Below, in pieces: positions 28,518 to 39,182 of a DNA stretch of 64,000 nt (the stretch's first letter is position 1; each line of letters opens with the position of its first letter). A model generated the notes under the pieces. That model did no database searches. It worked only from the letters and a program-made list of their open reading frames with translations, and was not told where the DNA came from. The stretch is from Terriglobia bacterium. Its GTDB lineage: Bacteria; Acidobacteriota; Terriglobia; JAJPHL01; JAPKYU01. The DNA is taken from NCBI GenBank assembly GCA_965206645.1, contig CBDBKE010000004.1, positions 1,184,001-1,248,000 on the forward strand, written 5' to 3'. A program made the translations under genes and the position numbers.

Positions 28518-30803
28518 CTAGTTCCGATACACAAACTCGTTGGAGTTGATCAACATGTGGCAGAAATCGACGAGCACAGCAGCGTGTACCGAATCCACAG
28601 CATCCGGCAGTGAGGTCGGTAACTCCAGCTTTTCGTCCGCCGAAGCTCGCTCAGCAACGAGCGCACGGTGACGCTGGAAGAATGTTAGCGCGGTCCGCTT
28701 TTCTGCGGCGTCAGGACGCCGCGAATAAGCCAGCCGGTACGCCTCTTCGATTTGTGCCTCCAGACTCGGGCCCGCCCTCCCCAGCACGCGGCCCGCAAAG
28801 GCCTGGGCCCACTCCAGCGTCAATTTGCTGTTGAGCAACGTCAACGCCTGCGGCGCCGTGGTCGTGATATGGCGGCGCCCACAACTTTCGTGGGTGTCGG
28901 GCATGTCGAAGACCTCGAGCATTGGGTAGCGGGCGTTCCGACGCACAAATATATAAATGCTACGACGATTCCGCTCAGCTGGATCTTTCGAGGCTTTCCA
29001 CCCGCCTCGGATTACCATGCCCGGAGGAAGCTCGGGCAAGACGCTGCGACCTCCTACCTTGGTGTTCAATAGGCCCGCGACGAACAGGGCTGAATCACGA
29101 ATGACTTCACCTTGCAGTCGCTGGCGCGGGAACCGCCACCACAGGCGGTTGCCGGGGTCAACCTTCGCAGCCTCTTCGCGGTCAGCCGAGGCCTGTTGAT
29201 AAGTGTTCGATGCCATGATCAGCCGATGCATCTGCTTGATGCTCCAGCCGCTTCGGATGAACTCATCAGCCAGCCAGTCCAACAACCTGGGGTGAGTCGG
29301 CCGGTCCCCCATCCTGCCAAAATCGCTCGGTGTGGCCAAAATCCCGCGCCCAAAGTGGTAGTGCCAGATACGGTTCACCATGACTCGGGCGGTCAGCGGA
29401 TTTTTCGGGCTGGCCAGCCAGTTTGCCAAAACCGTCCGACGACCGGTGGATTCCGCCACGCTGGGTGGGATGATTTTTGCGGAACGGGAGTCCAAGATCG
29501 AGAGAAAGCCCGGCTGAACCTCTTCTAGCGGCGCGTCATACTTGCCCACTACTAAGATATGAGTCGGCGGGGACTGCCGGCTGATATCGATGATTCCGGT
29601 GCCCAGGGCCAACTCGCCTGGCTGAACCGGAGAGAACTTTTCCATCTCAGCCTTGAGCGCCTCCAGCCCCGGCTTGACCTCCCGCCAGCGCTTCTGTCGT
29701 GTGGCATCGTCCTCCAGTTTCTTCGCCACGGTCTCCCAGGTCGGGTTCAAGAACTTTTTGACCCTGTAATATATTTGCCGCTGGAGGGCGCTCCGTTCGG
29801 CGGCCGGCTTGCGAATGGCACTTCGGACTTCGGGTAGGTAGTTGGCCCAGAGTTCGGCTACTTCCGTTTTGTGCTCGGGTTCAATAAGCGCCTCAATCTT
29901 GTCCCGAATGTGTCGGGTTTTTTCTTCCCACACAGCCATCCGTTCGCCATGCTGCTGGACACGGTCAGGCGACCAGAGAAGGATTCCGTCATTCGCGCCC
30001 ACATTAGCGAAAAAAGCCTGCAAGCGGTAATAGTCCGCTTGCAAGATGGGGTCGAATTTGTGATCGTGGCACCGCGCGCAGCCATAGGTCAGGCCCAGGA
30101 AAGTCGCCGCCACCGTATCCGTGATGTCGTTCAGGATTTCCTGGCGACGCCGCAGGACGTTCGGGGCGCGGCTTTCGTCGGGGTAATGACGGTTGAAGGC
30201 GGTGCCAATATGCACCTCAGGGTCGCCAGGCCAGAGCTCATCGCCAGCGATTTGCTCGCGGATGAACCGGTCGTACGGCTTGTCCTGGTTGAATGCCTGG
30301 ATGACGTAGTCACGATAGCGCCAGGCGTTGGGTCGGGGTTCATCTTCCGTGAAACCTTCGCTTTCGGCGTAGCGGGCCAGGTCAAGCCAGTGACGCGCCC
30401 AGCGCTCCCCGTAGTGAGGTGAGGCGAGCAGACGATCCACGACCCTCTCGAAAGCGTTGAGAGAGCGGTCTGCCCGAAAAGCATCGGCCTCCTGCGGTGT
30501 GGCCGGAAGGCCGGTCAGGTCGTACGTGGCGCGCCGCAGCAGACTGATCTTGTCGGCGGGAGGCGCCGGGCGCAGGCCTCTGGCTTCCATCTGGGCTAGT
30601 ATGAAGGCGTCAATCGGGTTGCGGACCCATTTCGCATCTTGAACTTTTGGAATTTCAGGCCGTTTAACTTGCTGAAACGCCCAGTATTTGCGGTCTTGCG
30701 AGGTGAAAGGGTCCTTCGGCGGCGCAGCGGTACTGGCGAGCGGCAGAAGTACAACCCCCGCCACAAGCAAGTTCATCAGGCAGGAGATCTTCCTGTGTTT
30801 CAT
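28518..30803 (-). CDS. DUF1549/DUF1553 (PSD1-type) secreted protein
   Basis: YWAFQ, NPIDAFI, YGERWARHWLDLARY, CARCHDHKFDP, NPLTARVMVNRIW, QALTLLN; usual partner of DUF1501. Confidence 0.92.
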   Translation of the reverse strand: MKHRKISCLMNLLVAGVVLLPLASTAAPPKDPFTSQDRKYWAFQQVKRPEIPKVQDAKWVRNPIDAFILAQMEARGLRPAPPADKISLLRRATYDLTGLPATPQEADAFRADRSLNAFERVVDRLLASPHYGERWARHWLDLARYAESEGFTEDEPRPNAWRYRDYVIQAFNQDKPYDRFIREQIAGDELWPGDPEVHIGTAFNRHYPDESRAPNVLRRRQEILNDITDTVAATFLGLTYGCARCHDHKFDPILQADYYRLQAFFANVGANDGILLWSPDRVQQHGERMAVWEEKTRHIRDKIEALIEPEHKTEVAELWANYLPEVRSAIRKPAAERSALQRQIYYRVKKFLNPTWETVAKKLEDDATRQKRWREVKPGLEALKAEMEKFSPVQPGELALGTGIIDISRQSPPTHILVVGKYDAPLEEVQPGFLSILDSRSAKIIPPSVAESTGRRTVLANWLASPKNPLTARVMVNRIWHYHFGRGILATPSDFGRMGDRPTHPRLLDWLADEFIRSGWSIKQMHRLIMASNTYQQASADREEAAKVDPGNRLWWRFPRQRLQGEVIRDSALFVAGLLNTKVGGRSVLPELPPGMVIRGGWKASKDPAERNRRSIYIFVRRNARYPMLEVFDMPDTHESCGRRHITTTAPQALTLLNSKLTLEWAQAFAGRVLGRAGPSLEAQIEEAYRLAYSRRPDAAEKRTALTFFQRHRALVAERASADEKLELPTSLPDAVDSVHAAVLVDFCHMLINSNEFVYRN

Positions 30804-31151
30804 TTCATCGAGAGGCTAGCCTCAAGTGATCAATGATCGAGACCCTTACCGTTCGCCAGCCGCCCCTCGTAAAAAAACCTCCTGTGAGGATAGACCTCAT
30901 CGGGGTGACTGTCAATGACCAATGACAAGGCGCTCCTTGGGCAACTTCACAGGGGTAGCACCTTGAGGTGGAGGCGGCCGACTAGCTGAGTCCTATGCCA
31001 TGCCCTTTGCAGTGAAGAAGATCCAGTGCGGTTGAACTGCAGGGTGCCCCTTCGGATCACTCAAGCATTGTCTTTAAACGCAATGCTCCGAAATGGCACC
31101 TAACGACTCGCTGCATTTGACCGCGTCGCCGCTCGGGCCGCTCTGGAAACG

Positions 31152-32167
31152 TTAAGGACGAACCCCGTCTGCTTCCAGACGAATCCGATATAGTCCCGTT
31201 TGAGCAGTCATGTAGAGTGTCTTGCCGTCGCGCGCACCCCAGTGACAGTTGGCGGGAATCTCAGGGGGTTTAATCGTACCGAGATGCTTGCCTTCGGGTG
31301 AAAAGATCCAGACACCTCCGGGGCCTGTACAATAGAGGTTTCCGTTCTTGTCCACTTTCATGCCGTCCGGTGCACCTGCCTCAGCCTCTTGCGTGACATC
31401 GTAGAAGACAGTGCCGTTGGCAATCGTACTGTCCGGCTGCACCTCAAAGCGCATCCAGATTTTCTTTGCCCGGTCGGAATTAGCTACGTAGAGATACTTC
31501 TCGTCCGGAGAGAAGACAAGCCCGTTGGGACGAGTCATCTCGCTGTGAAGCAGTTGTAGTTCACCTCCAGCCAGGCGGTATATCCCGTTGAAGTCCAAAT
31601 CCCTTTGGGGATCGTCCTCGAGTCCTACCAAGCCATAAGGAGGATCTGTGAAGTAGAGAGACCCGTCGGATTTGTAAACCAAATCATTGGGGCTGTTGAG
31701 GCGCTTCCCTTTGTATTTGTCGGCCAGCACGGACAAACTACCGTCCTTTTCCAGACGCGTGATGCGACGATTTCCATGCTCGCAGATAACAAGCCGGCCT
31801 TCCGAATCAAGCGTCAGACCATTCGAGCCGATGACGGCTCCCTCGGGCGCGTCCGATCCGTCGTAACCACTTGGCTTCCGGAACAAGGTGATTTCACCAT
31901 CGGGGGCCCATTTGAAGATGGAGTTCGCGGGTATGTCACTAAACAGCAGATATCCCTCGTGGACCCAGACGGGACCCTCTGTGAAGCGAAACCCGCCGGC
32001 CAACTTTTCAATCTTGGACGATTCCGTCACGATCGAATCGAGCGCTGGGTCTGCCTTGACAATTTCACCCATTTCAACCAACGCAGGCGGCTGCCCTTCC
32101 GGTTGTGGCTGACAGCTCGTAAAGAACAAGGCCAGGATTGCGGGAGCAATAGCCCTGTGCGCGACAT
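31152..32167 (-). CDS. SMP-30/gluconolactonase lipoprotein; apparent frameshift in the signal peptide
   Basis: FTEGPVW, GSNGL, NSPNDL, FTDPPYG, PDGMKVD; ATG at 32167 is one base out of frame with AILALFFTSC. Confidence 0.85.
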
Positions 32168-32211
32168 TCTACGCTGACGGCCCTGTCGACTCAAGTACAC
32201 ACTCGAAGCCG

Positions 32212-33540
32212 CTACCAACCCTTCCAGCTTCCATCGGCGTGCCGGTACTGGCGGTAGGGCATGTTTCTGTCATAAGGAAGACTGGCGATGTGGTTTTCCC
32301 TGACATCCACCCCCAATCCGGGCCGATCGTTGAGTTCGATGTGTCCATTTTTCTGCAGAAAATCGTGATCTACGTACTCGCTAAAGCGATCCAGCCGCCA
32401 GACCTCCTGAATCAAGAAATTCCTGATTACTGCGTCCCCGTGTAGCAGCGCGGCGAAATGGACAGGTCCCCCTGCGTTGTGGGGAGCCATCAGCATCTGC
32501 GCCTCATCCGCCAGGCGGGATATGTGGAGGTAATTATTGAGGCCAAAGCTGTGACTCACATCCGGCTGGAGGAAGATACAGGCACGAGCGTCGATAACTT
32601 GTTTGAAATCTCGAAAACCAAAAAGTTTCTCACCAGTGGCAATCGGCACTGGGCTTTTTGCCGAGATCTCTTTCAGTGCGTCGACATCGCCCACCCTGCA
32701 CGGCTCTTCGAGAAACAGGGGACGGTAAGGTGCCACCATGTGCGCAAATGCGATACTCAGCGCTGGATTCGGGCTGCCGTGGGCGTCCACCATCAGCTCG
32801 ACATCCGGACCAACTTCCTTGCGCACCGCCGCCACCACTTTGGCGGAATGCTCTAAGGCGTGGTGGTCCATCGGCCAGGTCCGAGATTCCAGGGGATTTC
32901 CTTTCAAGCCCCTGGCGCCCGCCTCGACGGCAGCCCGAGCTTCAGCACGAGCGCGTTCCACCGACTCAAAATTGATGCCTCCGTTGTAAATCTTGATGCG
33001 GTCACGTTTCTTGCCCCCCAGGAGCTGGTACACCGGGGCTTTCCAAGCCTTGCCGGCGATATCATAGAGGGCCATGTTGATGGCCGCCAAGGCACTCCCC
33101 AGGACCGGTCCTCCTTTCCACGGAAGGCGGTCGGCGATGTCATCGCAGATCGCCACCACGTCCAAGGGGTTGCGGCCAACCAGCAATTCCTCCCATCCGT
33201 GCAGGGTAGTTTCAATGACGGGGGAAAGCCACTCCGTACTTCCCTCCCCCCAGCCGTAAAGCTCGGTGTTGGTCTCAATCTTGAGAAACAGCCAGGTCTT
33301 GAAAGAGCTTGAAACCAACCGGCGATTACTAGGGTCCCGGACGGACTGCCCGGTGTTCACGTTGAATTTGTAGGTCTTAATCTTCGTAATTTTCAGCCTC
33401 GTTGCTTTTCTCTGTCTCCCAGGTGCTTTCTGCTCCTGAGCCGCACCAAGGGTTGCTGACGCACCCATCACGGCGCCCACGGTCGCGGCTGCCTCCATCA
33501 GAAAACTTCTCCGATTCGATGGCTGTGAAACTTTGGCCAT
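32212..33540 (-). CDS. Mandelate racemase/galactonate dehydratase-family enolase with Tat-like signal
   Basis: SNRRSFL; MALYDIAGKA..APVYQLLGG, LMVDAHG, FLEEP, IATGE, LQPD, MAPHN. Confidence 0.9.
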   Translation of the reverse strand: MAKVSQPSNRRSFLMEAAATVGAVMGASATLGAAQEQKAPGRQRKATRLKITKIKTYKFNVNTGQSVRDPSNRRLVSSSFKTWLFLKIETNTELYGWGEGSTEWLSPVIETTLHGWEELLVGRNPLDVVAICDDIADRLPWKGGPVLGSALAAINMALYDIAGKAWKAPVYQLLGGKKRDRIKIYNGGINFESVERARAEARAAVEAGARGLKGNPLESRTWPMDHHALEHSAKVVAAVRKEVGPDVELMVDAHGSPNPALSIAFAHMVAPYRPLFLEEPCRVGDVDALKEISAKSPVPIATGEKLFGFRDFKQVIDARACIFLQPDVSHSFGLNNYLHISRLADEAQMLMAPHNAGGPVHFAALLHGDAVIRNFLIQEVWRLDRFSEYVDHDFLQKNGHIELNDRPGLGVDVRENHIASLPYDRNMPYRQYRHADGSWKGW

Positions 33541-33712
33541 CTCGTCACCTCCTTTGTTAATTTGGGTTAATTTGGGATCGTCCCCTCAGTCGATCTCTGG
33601 CAAGGGACACTTGTAGCACAACGTCACATTCTGTGTCTCTTTTGGCTTGTGATGCAGCTCCGCGGCAGTCACTGACTAGGTAGCGCCGAGGCTCTCAAGA
33701 CCCGCTCGCAGC

Positions 33713-35560
33713 TCACCAACCAAAGGCATACCCGGTTTCGTTCCGCGGCGAAGCGGCCGCGCGAAGAGTCCCGTTCTTGCGATCCATTTCGACGGCCAGG
33801 ACACGACCGTTCTGCCAATCCGAACCCACAGTGACTTGATGCCCCCGACGCCTCAACTCCTCAACGACGCCTGGACTGATTCGACCTTCCACGTCCATGA
33901 CTCCCAAGTTCGCCTGGTGCCCAGACCAGGAGCTGTAGAAATGGGCGGTGGCGAAGCCGGCCGCGTCGATCGCTTCCTGCAGATTCATTCCGAAGTCGAC
34001 ATAGTTAAGAAAGAACTGGAGTGTCCACTGGTCCTGGTTGTCACCGCCCAGCGTTCCAAAGGCCAGTAGCGGTTGGCCATCTTTCAGTACCAGCGTGGGA
34101 GTCAGGGTAGTACGGGGGCGCTTTCCCGGCTGCAGGCAGCCGGGGTGCTCCGGGTCGAGCCAGAACATTTGTCCCCGTACACCCAGACAAAAACCCAGGC
34201 CCGGGATGATGGGAGACATATTGATCCACCCTCCGCTCGGCGTAGCTGCCACCATATTGCCCTCGCCGTCGAGCGCGTCCAGGTGGGTGGTGTCATCCAG
34301 AGCCGCCGGAAGGCCTTCGCGAATCTTGAAAACACTGCTCGGTCCCGCCCCTGGTCGAATCTCCATGGAAGCTCGCCTCGGATCAATCAGCTTGCGCCTC
34401 TGGGCGGCATAAGCTTCGGAAAGCAGCCGATCCAAGGGGACGTCCACGAATCTTGGATCCCCATAGTAAGCGTCCCGATCAGCGAAGGCGAGCTTGGCGC
34501 TTTCGATGACGGTGTGGATATAGTCTGCCGAATTGTGGCCCATTCGTTCGAGGTCGTAGCCCTCCAGGATTTTCAGATGCTGCAAGAACACCGGGCCCTG
34601 GGTCCACGGGCCGCACTTGTAGACCTGATAGCCCCGGTAGGTTGCCGTGACAGGCTGCTCGATAAGGGTCGCGTAGCTGGCTAGGTCACCGTACTCCAGC
34701 AACGCATGGTGCTCCTGGCCCGTTGAGTCTTGCACCCGCGTGCTCTTAGCGAAGTCCACGATCTGCCGCGCAATATCTCCCTTGTAGAAGAGCTCCCAGG
34801 CCGCCTGGATCCCCTGCTCGCGCGATCCGCCCAACCCGGAAGCCTGGATAAGTCGCTTGAAGGTATGGGCCCAGTCCGGCATCTGGATCAATTCGCCGAT
34901 CTCGGGCAAATGATCCCGCGGGCGAAAAGCCGGGCCCGTCGTGGGATAAATGTTCAGCGCGCTTTGAATTGCTCCGATCGCTCCTGAATGCGCCGGGTAA
35001 CCCTGTTCGGCCAGCTCGATGGCCGGGCTCAATACCTCCTTCAACGGCAACCGCCCGAAGCGTTCCAACAGCGTCAGCCAGGCACCGGTAGCCGCGGGCA
35101 CAGTGGCCGGCAAAAACCCCACGCCGGGGATCGTGTCCACGCCGTGTTCTTTGAACCAAGCCAAAGTGGCTTTCCCGGGAGCCGGCCCCTGGCCGCTGAC
35201 AGACCAGACCTTCATATCTTTGGCCGAGTAAACCAGGATGGAGACTTCTCCGCCGATGCCGTAGTAGTGCGGCTCCAGCACAGCGCAGGCGAATCCCATG
35301 GCCACGGCCGCGTCGAACGCGTTGCCTCCCTTTTCCAGCATGCGAAAGCCGGCGGCGGTTGCCAGGTAATGCCCGGAAGTCACCACACCTTTGCGCCCCA
35401 GGATGACGGGGCGTGTTGTGAATGAGGGCCATTTCCGCTCAGGCCGCCTGAACTCCGGGGCACCCTGCGCGGAGACCGCTCCCGAACCAGTGCGGCGAAC
35501 CGGCGAAAAGCCGGCGCCACCCAGAGCGAGTTCTCCAAGAAACAATCGCCGCGTGCTCAT
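33713..35560 (-). CDS. Gamma-glutamyltransferase family protein
   Basis: GGNAFDAAVA, LAFADRDAYYGDP, TTH nucleophile, PGKRPRTTLTP, FGT.GGD.QDQ. Confidence 0.92.
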   Translation of the reverse strand: MSTRRLFLGELALGGAGFSPVRRTGSGAVSAQGAPEFRRPERKWPSFTTRPVILGRKGVVTSGHYLATAAGFRMLEKGGNAFDAAVAMGFACAVLEPHYYGIGGEVSILVYSAKDMKVWSVSGQGPAPGKATLAWFKEHGVDTIPGVGFLPATVPAATGAWLTLLERFGRLPLKEVLSPAIELAEQGYPAHSGAIGAIQSALNIYPTTGPAFRPRDHLPEIGELIQMPDWAHTFKRLIQASGLGGSREQGIQAAWELFYKGDIARQIVDFAKSTRVQDSTGQEHHALLEYGDLASYATLIEQPVTATYRGYQVYKCGPWTQGPVFLQHLKILEGYDLERMGHNSADYIHTVIESAKLAFADRDAYYGDPRFVDVPLDRLLSEAYAAQRRKLIDPRRASMEIRPGAGPSSVFKIREGLPAALDDTTHLDALDGEGNMVAATPSGGWINMSPIIPGLGFCLGVRGQMFWLDPEHPGCLQPGKRPRTTLTPTLVLKDGQPLLAFGTLGGDNQDQWTLQFFLNYVDFGMNLQEAIDAAGFATAHFYSSWSGHQANLGVMDVEGRISPGVVEELRRRGHQVTVGSDWQNGRVLAVEMDRKNGTLRAAASPRNETGYAFGW

Positions 35561-35658
35561 GGCCTCATCCTATCACTCCCCTGTGCAGCAGTCGTCCTAT
35601 GCGAGGCACTGGCCTCCGGGATAGTCGTGATCGTTGGCGGCGGGGGCGTCTGAGATGG

Positions 35659-36113
35659 TTATTCGGGAGGAGGTTCAAGACCCGATTCTATGGCAGCGGC
35701 TCGAATATCCCGCCACGTCGGTTCTGGGATCGGAATTCCCTGCTCGATGCGCTGCGCTTTAGTGATTCGCTCCGGCTCACCAGGCAGCATCACCTGCTGA
35801 AAACCCGGTGCCGGCCGCGTCTGCCGGACCCGGTGCATGGCTTTCTCCGCGGTGCTGGCATAGGAGTCAAAAGGGCGGAAGGCCGCTGCGTCAATGATCA
35901 AGATCAATGTACCGCTGGGTCCAAACGCGGGTCGAGTTACCTCTTCCGGCGCGAGAAAATCCTCTGAGCCCACCAGCGCGGTCCACCGCTAGGGTCATAG
36001 CTGACCCCTTGTGCCCGGCAAAGGGAAGCGCCAGCATTGTCCACATTGGCCCCTGCCTGGACGAACAATTCCTCGCTGATAGCCCGGAGCTGTTCTGCTT
36101 TCAGGGTAGGCAT
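35659..36113 (-). pseudogene. Ldh_2-family (malate/L-lactate dehydrogenase-like) gene with large internal deletion
   Basis: N-terminus MPTLKAEQLRAISEELFVQAGA joined out of frame to C-terminus LIIDAAAF...PAPGFQQVMLPGEPE...GIPIPEPTW. Confidence 0.75.
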
Positions 36114-36171
36114 TGGAAGAATCCTGCTTTGTCTTTCCACCAAGCGCTAGGACTGCTTTGGAAGAGGGAAT

Positions 36172-37803
36172 TTACCAGAAGCGCGGAACTCTTTCCTCCT
36201 TGCTGGTGATCACTTCGATGAGCGCCGGCCGGCCGGTCGCAAGTTCTCGCTGCGCCCTATGGATCGCCGGAATGATCTCCTGCGGCTGCTCGACCCGCTC
36301 ACTGGCTGCCCCCAATGCCGCAGCCAACTTCACATGATCTACCGCCAGGTTTGTCATGCCATGGCTTTTCGCTGCCGCTCCAAGAAAGTGCTCGACACCA
36401 CACATCCCGGAATTGTTCAGAACGATCGTCAAGATCGGGATTTGATGGCGGGCTGCCGTTTCCACCTCCAGCCCTAACATGCCAAAGGAAGCGTCGCCGA
36501 TGAAATGCACCACCGTTTTCTCCGGGGCGGCGACTTTCGCTCCCAGCGCCAGACCTATGGATTGTCCCATTTGCGTGGAGTTCCCCCAGCCCAGGTAGCC
36601 GCGCGGCACGATCGATTCGTAGAAGGGTATGACCTGGTCGCGGACGTATCCGGAGTCATGGGTCACGATCGTTTGGGTGCGATCCACAGTGTGCATCAGG
36701 TCCCAGATCACCCGATAGGGGTTGATCGGGACTTCGTCGGAGGTCAGCAGGGGCATCCACTGCTGCAACCAGGCTTGCTTGACGGCTGCGATTTCCTTCA
36801 CCGCGGCGGCTCTATCCCGGCCCCTTGCACCTGCCTGCTGGCGCAGCTCCTCGGTGAGTTGACCAAGCACGAGCTTGGCGTCGCCCAGGATCCCCAGGTC
36901 CACCATCATGTCCGCGTTCAGGTCGCGGTCGTCGTTGGTGACCTGGATCACCGTCTTGCCCGGCGCGATGGGCACCACCATCCACTCCCGGCTGAAGCTA
37001 CTGCCAATGCCCAAGACCAAGTCCGCTTCGCGCACAAAGTGCTCGATCGACTTGGTCGCGGTTAGGGCTCCCGCCCCAATGGCCAAAGGATGGTTCTCGG
37101 GGAAGGCGCTCTTTCCCAGCAAAGTGGTCATCACCGGGGTCCCCGCCAATTCTGCAAACTGCAGTAACTCCTGCGTGGCCTCGGCATAAAGCACTCCCTG
37201 CCCCACGTGAATCACAGGACGCTTGGCCTTGAGAAAGGCTTGAACCGCAGCCTCGACCGCCTGCGGATCCCCGGCCGATCGCACTCGCTGAGGACTCTTA
37301 TAGGAGTCTGCTTCCACTTCGCTATTGGCGACATCGATGGGAACTTCTAGCAGAACGGGGCCCGGACGGCCGTTGCGCAGATAGCTGAAGGCGCGCCGCA
37401 TCATGTCAGGCACGCGCTCGGGCAGATTGATCTGCTCGGCCCACTTGGTGATCGGCCGATAACTGGGCACAGCCTGAAAATTCCGGGTCGAACCCAGGCG
37501 GGCTCGCCCAAGATGAGCTGGCAGGAACAGGATCGGGACCGCATCGGCGTACGCCTGAGCTATCCCGGCAAACGAATTTTCTATGCCCGGTCCGTACTGC
37601 ACGGTACAGACGCCAATCCGCCACCCGTTCCAGACCCGGCTGTAACCATCCGCCATGGCGAGGGCTGCCCGTTCGGTGCGCGCCATGATCGGCCTGATCC
37701 CAACGCGTGCGGCCGCATCGATCAAGGGGTTGCTCGGATAGCAGAACAGGCACTCTACGCCTTCTTTTCGCAGAATCGCGGCAATACAATCGATCGCTTT
37801 CAC
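36172..37803 (-). CDS. Thiamine-pyrophosphate-dependent enzyme (acetolactate synthase-like)
   Basis: RTERAALAMADGYSR, GPGIEN, GRPGPVLLEVP, GDASFGM...LNN TPP motif; GTG start with GGAGGG RBS. Confidence 0.92.
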   Translation of the reverse strand: MKAIDCIAAILRKEGVECLFCYPSNPLIDAAARVGIRPIMARTERAALAMADGYSRVWNGWRIGVCTVQYGPGIENSFAGIAQAYADAVPILFLPAHLGRARLGSTRNFQAVPSYRPITKWAEQINLPERVPDMMRRAFSYLRNGRPGPVLLEVPIDVANSEVEADSYKSPQRVRSAGDPQAVEAAVQAFLKAKRPVIHVGQGVLYAEATQELLQFAELAGTPVMTTLLGKSAFPENHPLAIGAGALTATKSIEHFVREADLVLGIGSSFSREWMVVPIAPGKTVIQVTNDDRDLNADMMVDLGILGDAKLVLGQLTEELRQQAGARGRDRAAAVKEIAAVKQAWLQQWMPLLTSDEVPINPYRVIWDLMHTVDRTQTIVTHDSGYVRDQVIPFYESIVPRGYLGWGNSTQMGQSIGLALGAKVAAPEKTVVHFIGDASFGMLGLEVETAARHQIPILTIVLNNSGMCGVEHFLGAAAKSHGMTNLAVDHVKLAAALGAASERVEQPQEIIPAIHRAQRELATGRPALIEVITSKEERVPRFW

Positions 37804-38053
37804 TTCCGCTTCCCTCCAAGCGAATTCATTGTCTTCCTGGCTTATCGACTCCTGACTTATAGACAGGTTGGCGCTGATCTTACAAACACTCTACGGCCAA
37901 GGCTCATGGTTCACATCAAGACCTGCTTCCCCGGGCGATGGGGAAAGCGGACTTGCCAGTCGCCCATCGCGACTGGCACCGCTCCTCCGTCACTCAATTG
38001 CAGCTTCGGAGTCTACAGATTACAAGGCGTGAGTCGAATGTGCAGTTATTCCC

Positions 38054-38899
38054 TTACCGCCCTGTTGCCCTAAACACATCCAACATGGGCACCGGTCCTC
38101 CGCTGGTGACCACGGAGGGCATCACTCCATTCCATTTCTCCACCGCGACTCTTCGAACCTCGATTTCCCGCAACTGCAGCAACTGCGCTGTTATCTGCTG
38201 TTTTTGGAGCTCCAGCCCCTTGGCTTCAGCCCTGGCCCTGGTGATCTCCTGTTCCGCTTCAAACTTCACGCGCTCCAAGGCGTTCTCTGCCTCCAGGGCT
38301 TGTTGGACCGCTCTCACCTTCGCCTCGATGGAGTCCTGGAAGGCTGGCGAGAATTGAAAGTCAGTGATGGAGAGTTGCACAACGTCGATCCCAAGTGGCA
38401 GTACCCTTTCTGCTATCAAGCTTTGAAGTTCATCTTTCACCTTCGGCCTCTGTGTGATCAACTCCTCGGCGTCGTAGTTGGCCGTGGTGGATTTGACCGC
38501 TTCCTGGATGTACGGCTGGATGATGCGGGTCTCATAATCCTGTCGCAAGTTGGTATAAATTGTCACCACACTGCCGGCACCCAACTGGTAGTTTAAGGTG
38601 ACTTCCGTAGTGACCACTTGCAAGTCCTTGCTGGAAGAGGTGGCAGGAGCGGTGTATTTCTGAATCTGGGTTGACATCAGAATTACCTGCTCCACGAAAG
38701 GAATCTTGTAATAGAGACCTTGATCTTTGATTGCCCCGGTCGGGGCGTTAAAACGCAGTAAGACGCCTCGTTGTCCTGCGCCGACCGTCCCCAGGGCTCC
38801 CCCTAACACAAAGACAACGGCAATTACGATCACCGCACCAATTATCGCTTTCCGTGGCACCTGCGGCAATCCAAGTTCCTCACCAGGGTATTTCGGCAT
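38054..38899 (-). CDS. SPFH/prohibitin membrane protein, copy 2 (inverted paralog of 7169-8011)
   Basis: Same RBS and near-identical N-terminal ~105 aa; flanking UTRs are also homologous (~37948-38996 vs ~7071-8118). Confidence 0.92.
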   Translation of the reverse strand: MPKYPGEELGLPQVPRKAIIGAVIVIAVVFVLGGALGTVGAGQRGVLLRFNAPTGAIKDQGLYYKIPFVEQVILMSTQIQKYTAPATSSSKDLQVVTTEVTLNYQLGAGSVVTIYTNLRQDYETRIIQPYIQEAVKSTTANYDAEELITQRPKVKDELQSLIAERVLPLGIDVVQLSITDFQFSPAFQDSIEAKVRAVQQALEAENALERVKFEAEQEITRARAEAKGLELQKQQITAQLLQLREIEVRRVAVEKWNGVMPSVVTSGGPVPMLDVFRATGR

Positions 38900-39182
38900 C
38901 GCTACCTCCTTTGGTAGTCCACTGGTTACGTATGCAGAATTTCCGATTTCGGCTTCAGGTTCCACCAGACTGTACGCCAGTCTTCTTGTTGGGTCAAGCT
39001 CAGATGGCGAATGGTGGGCTGGGCGCATCGTGATACCAGCAACGCAACTGGCTGCCGACGCCGACAGGCAATTTGCGCACACACCCCAGGAAAAAGGTTT
39101 TTCACCCCTGGCCTTTGAGCAGTGATGGCGGGTGCTTCGACTTCCGAGCGAGGTTGCACCTATAATGAGCGCTACGGAGGCG

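Noticed and set aside
27051-30803. DUF1549/DUF1553 + DUF1501 pair as a novel system
   Set aside because: Uncharacterised but a very common pair in Planctomycetota and Acidobacteriota.
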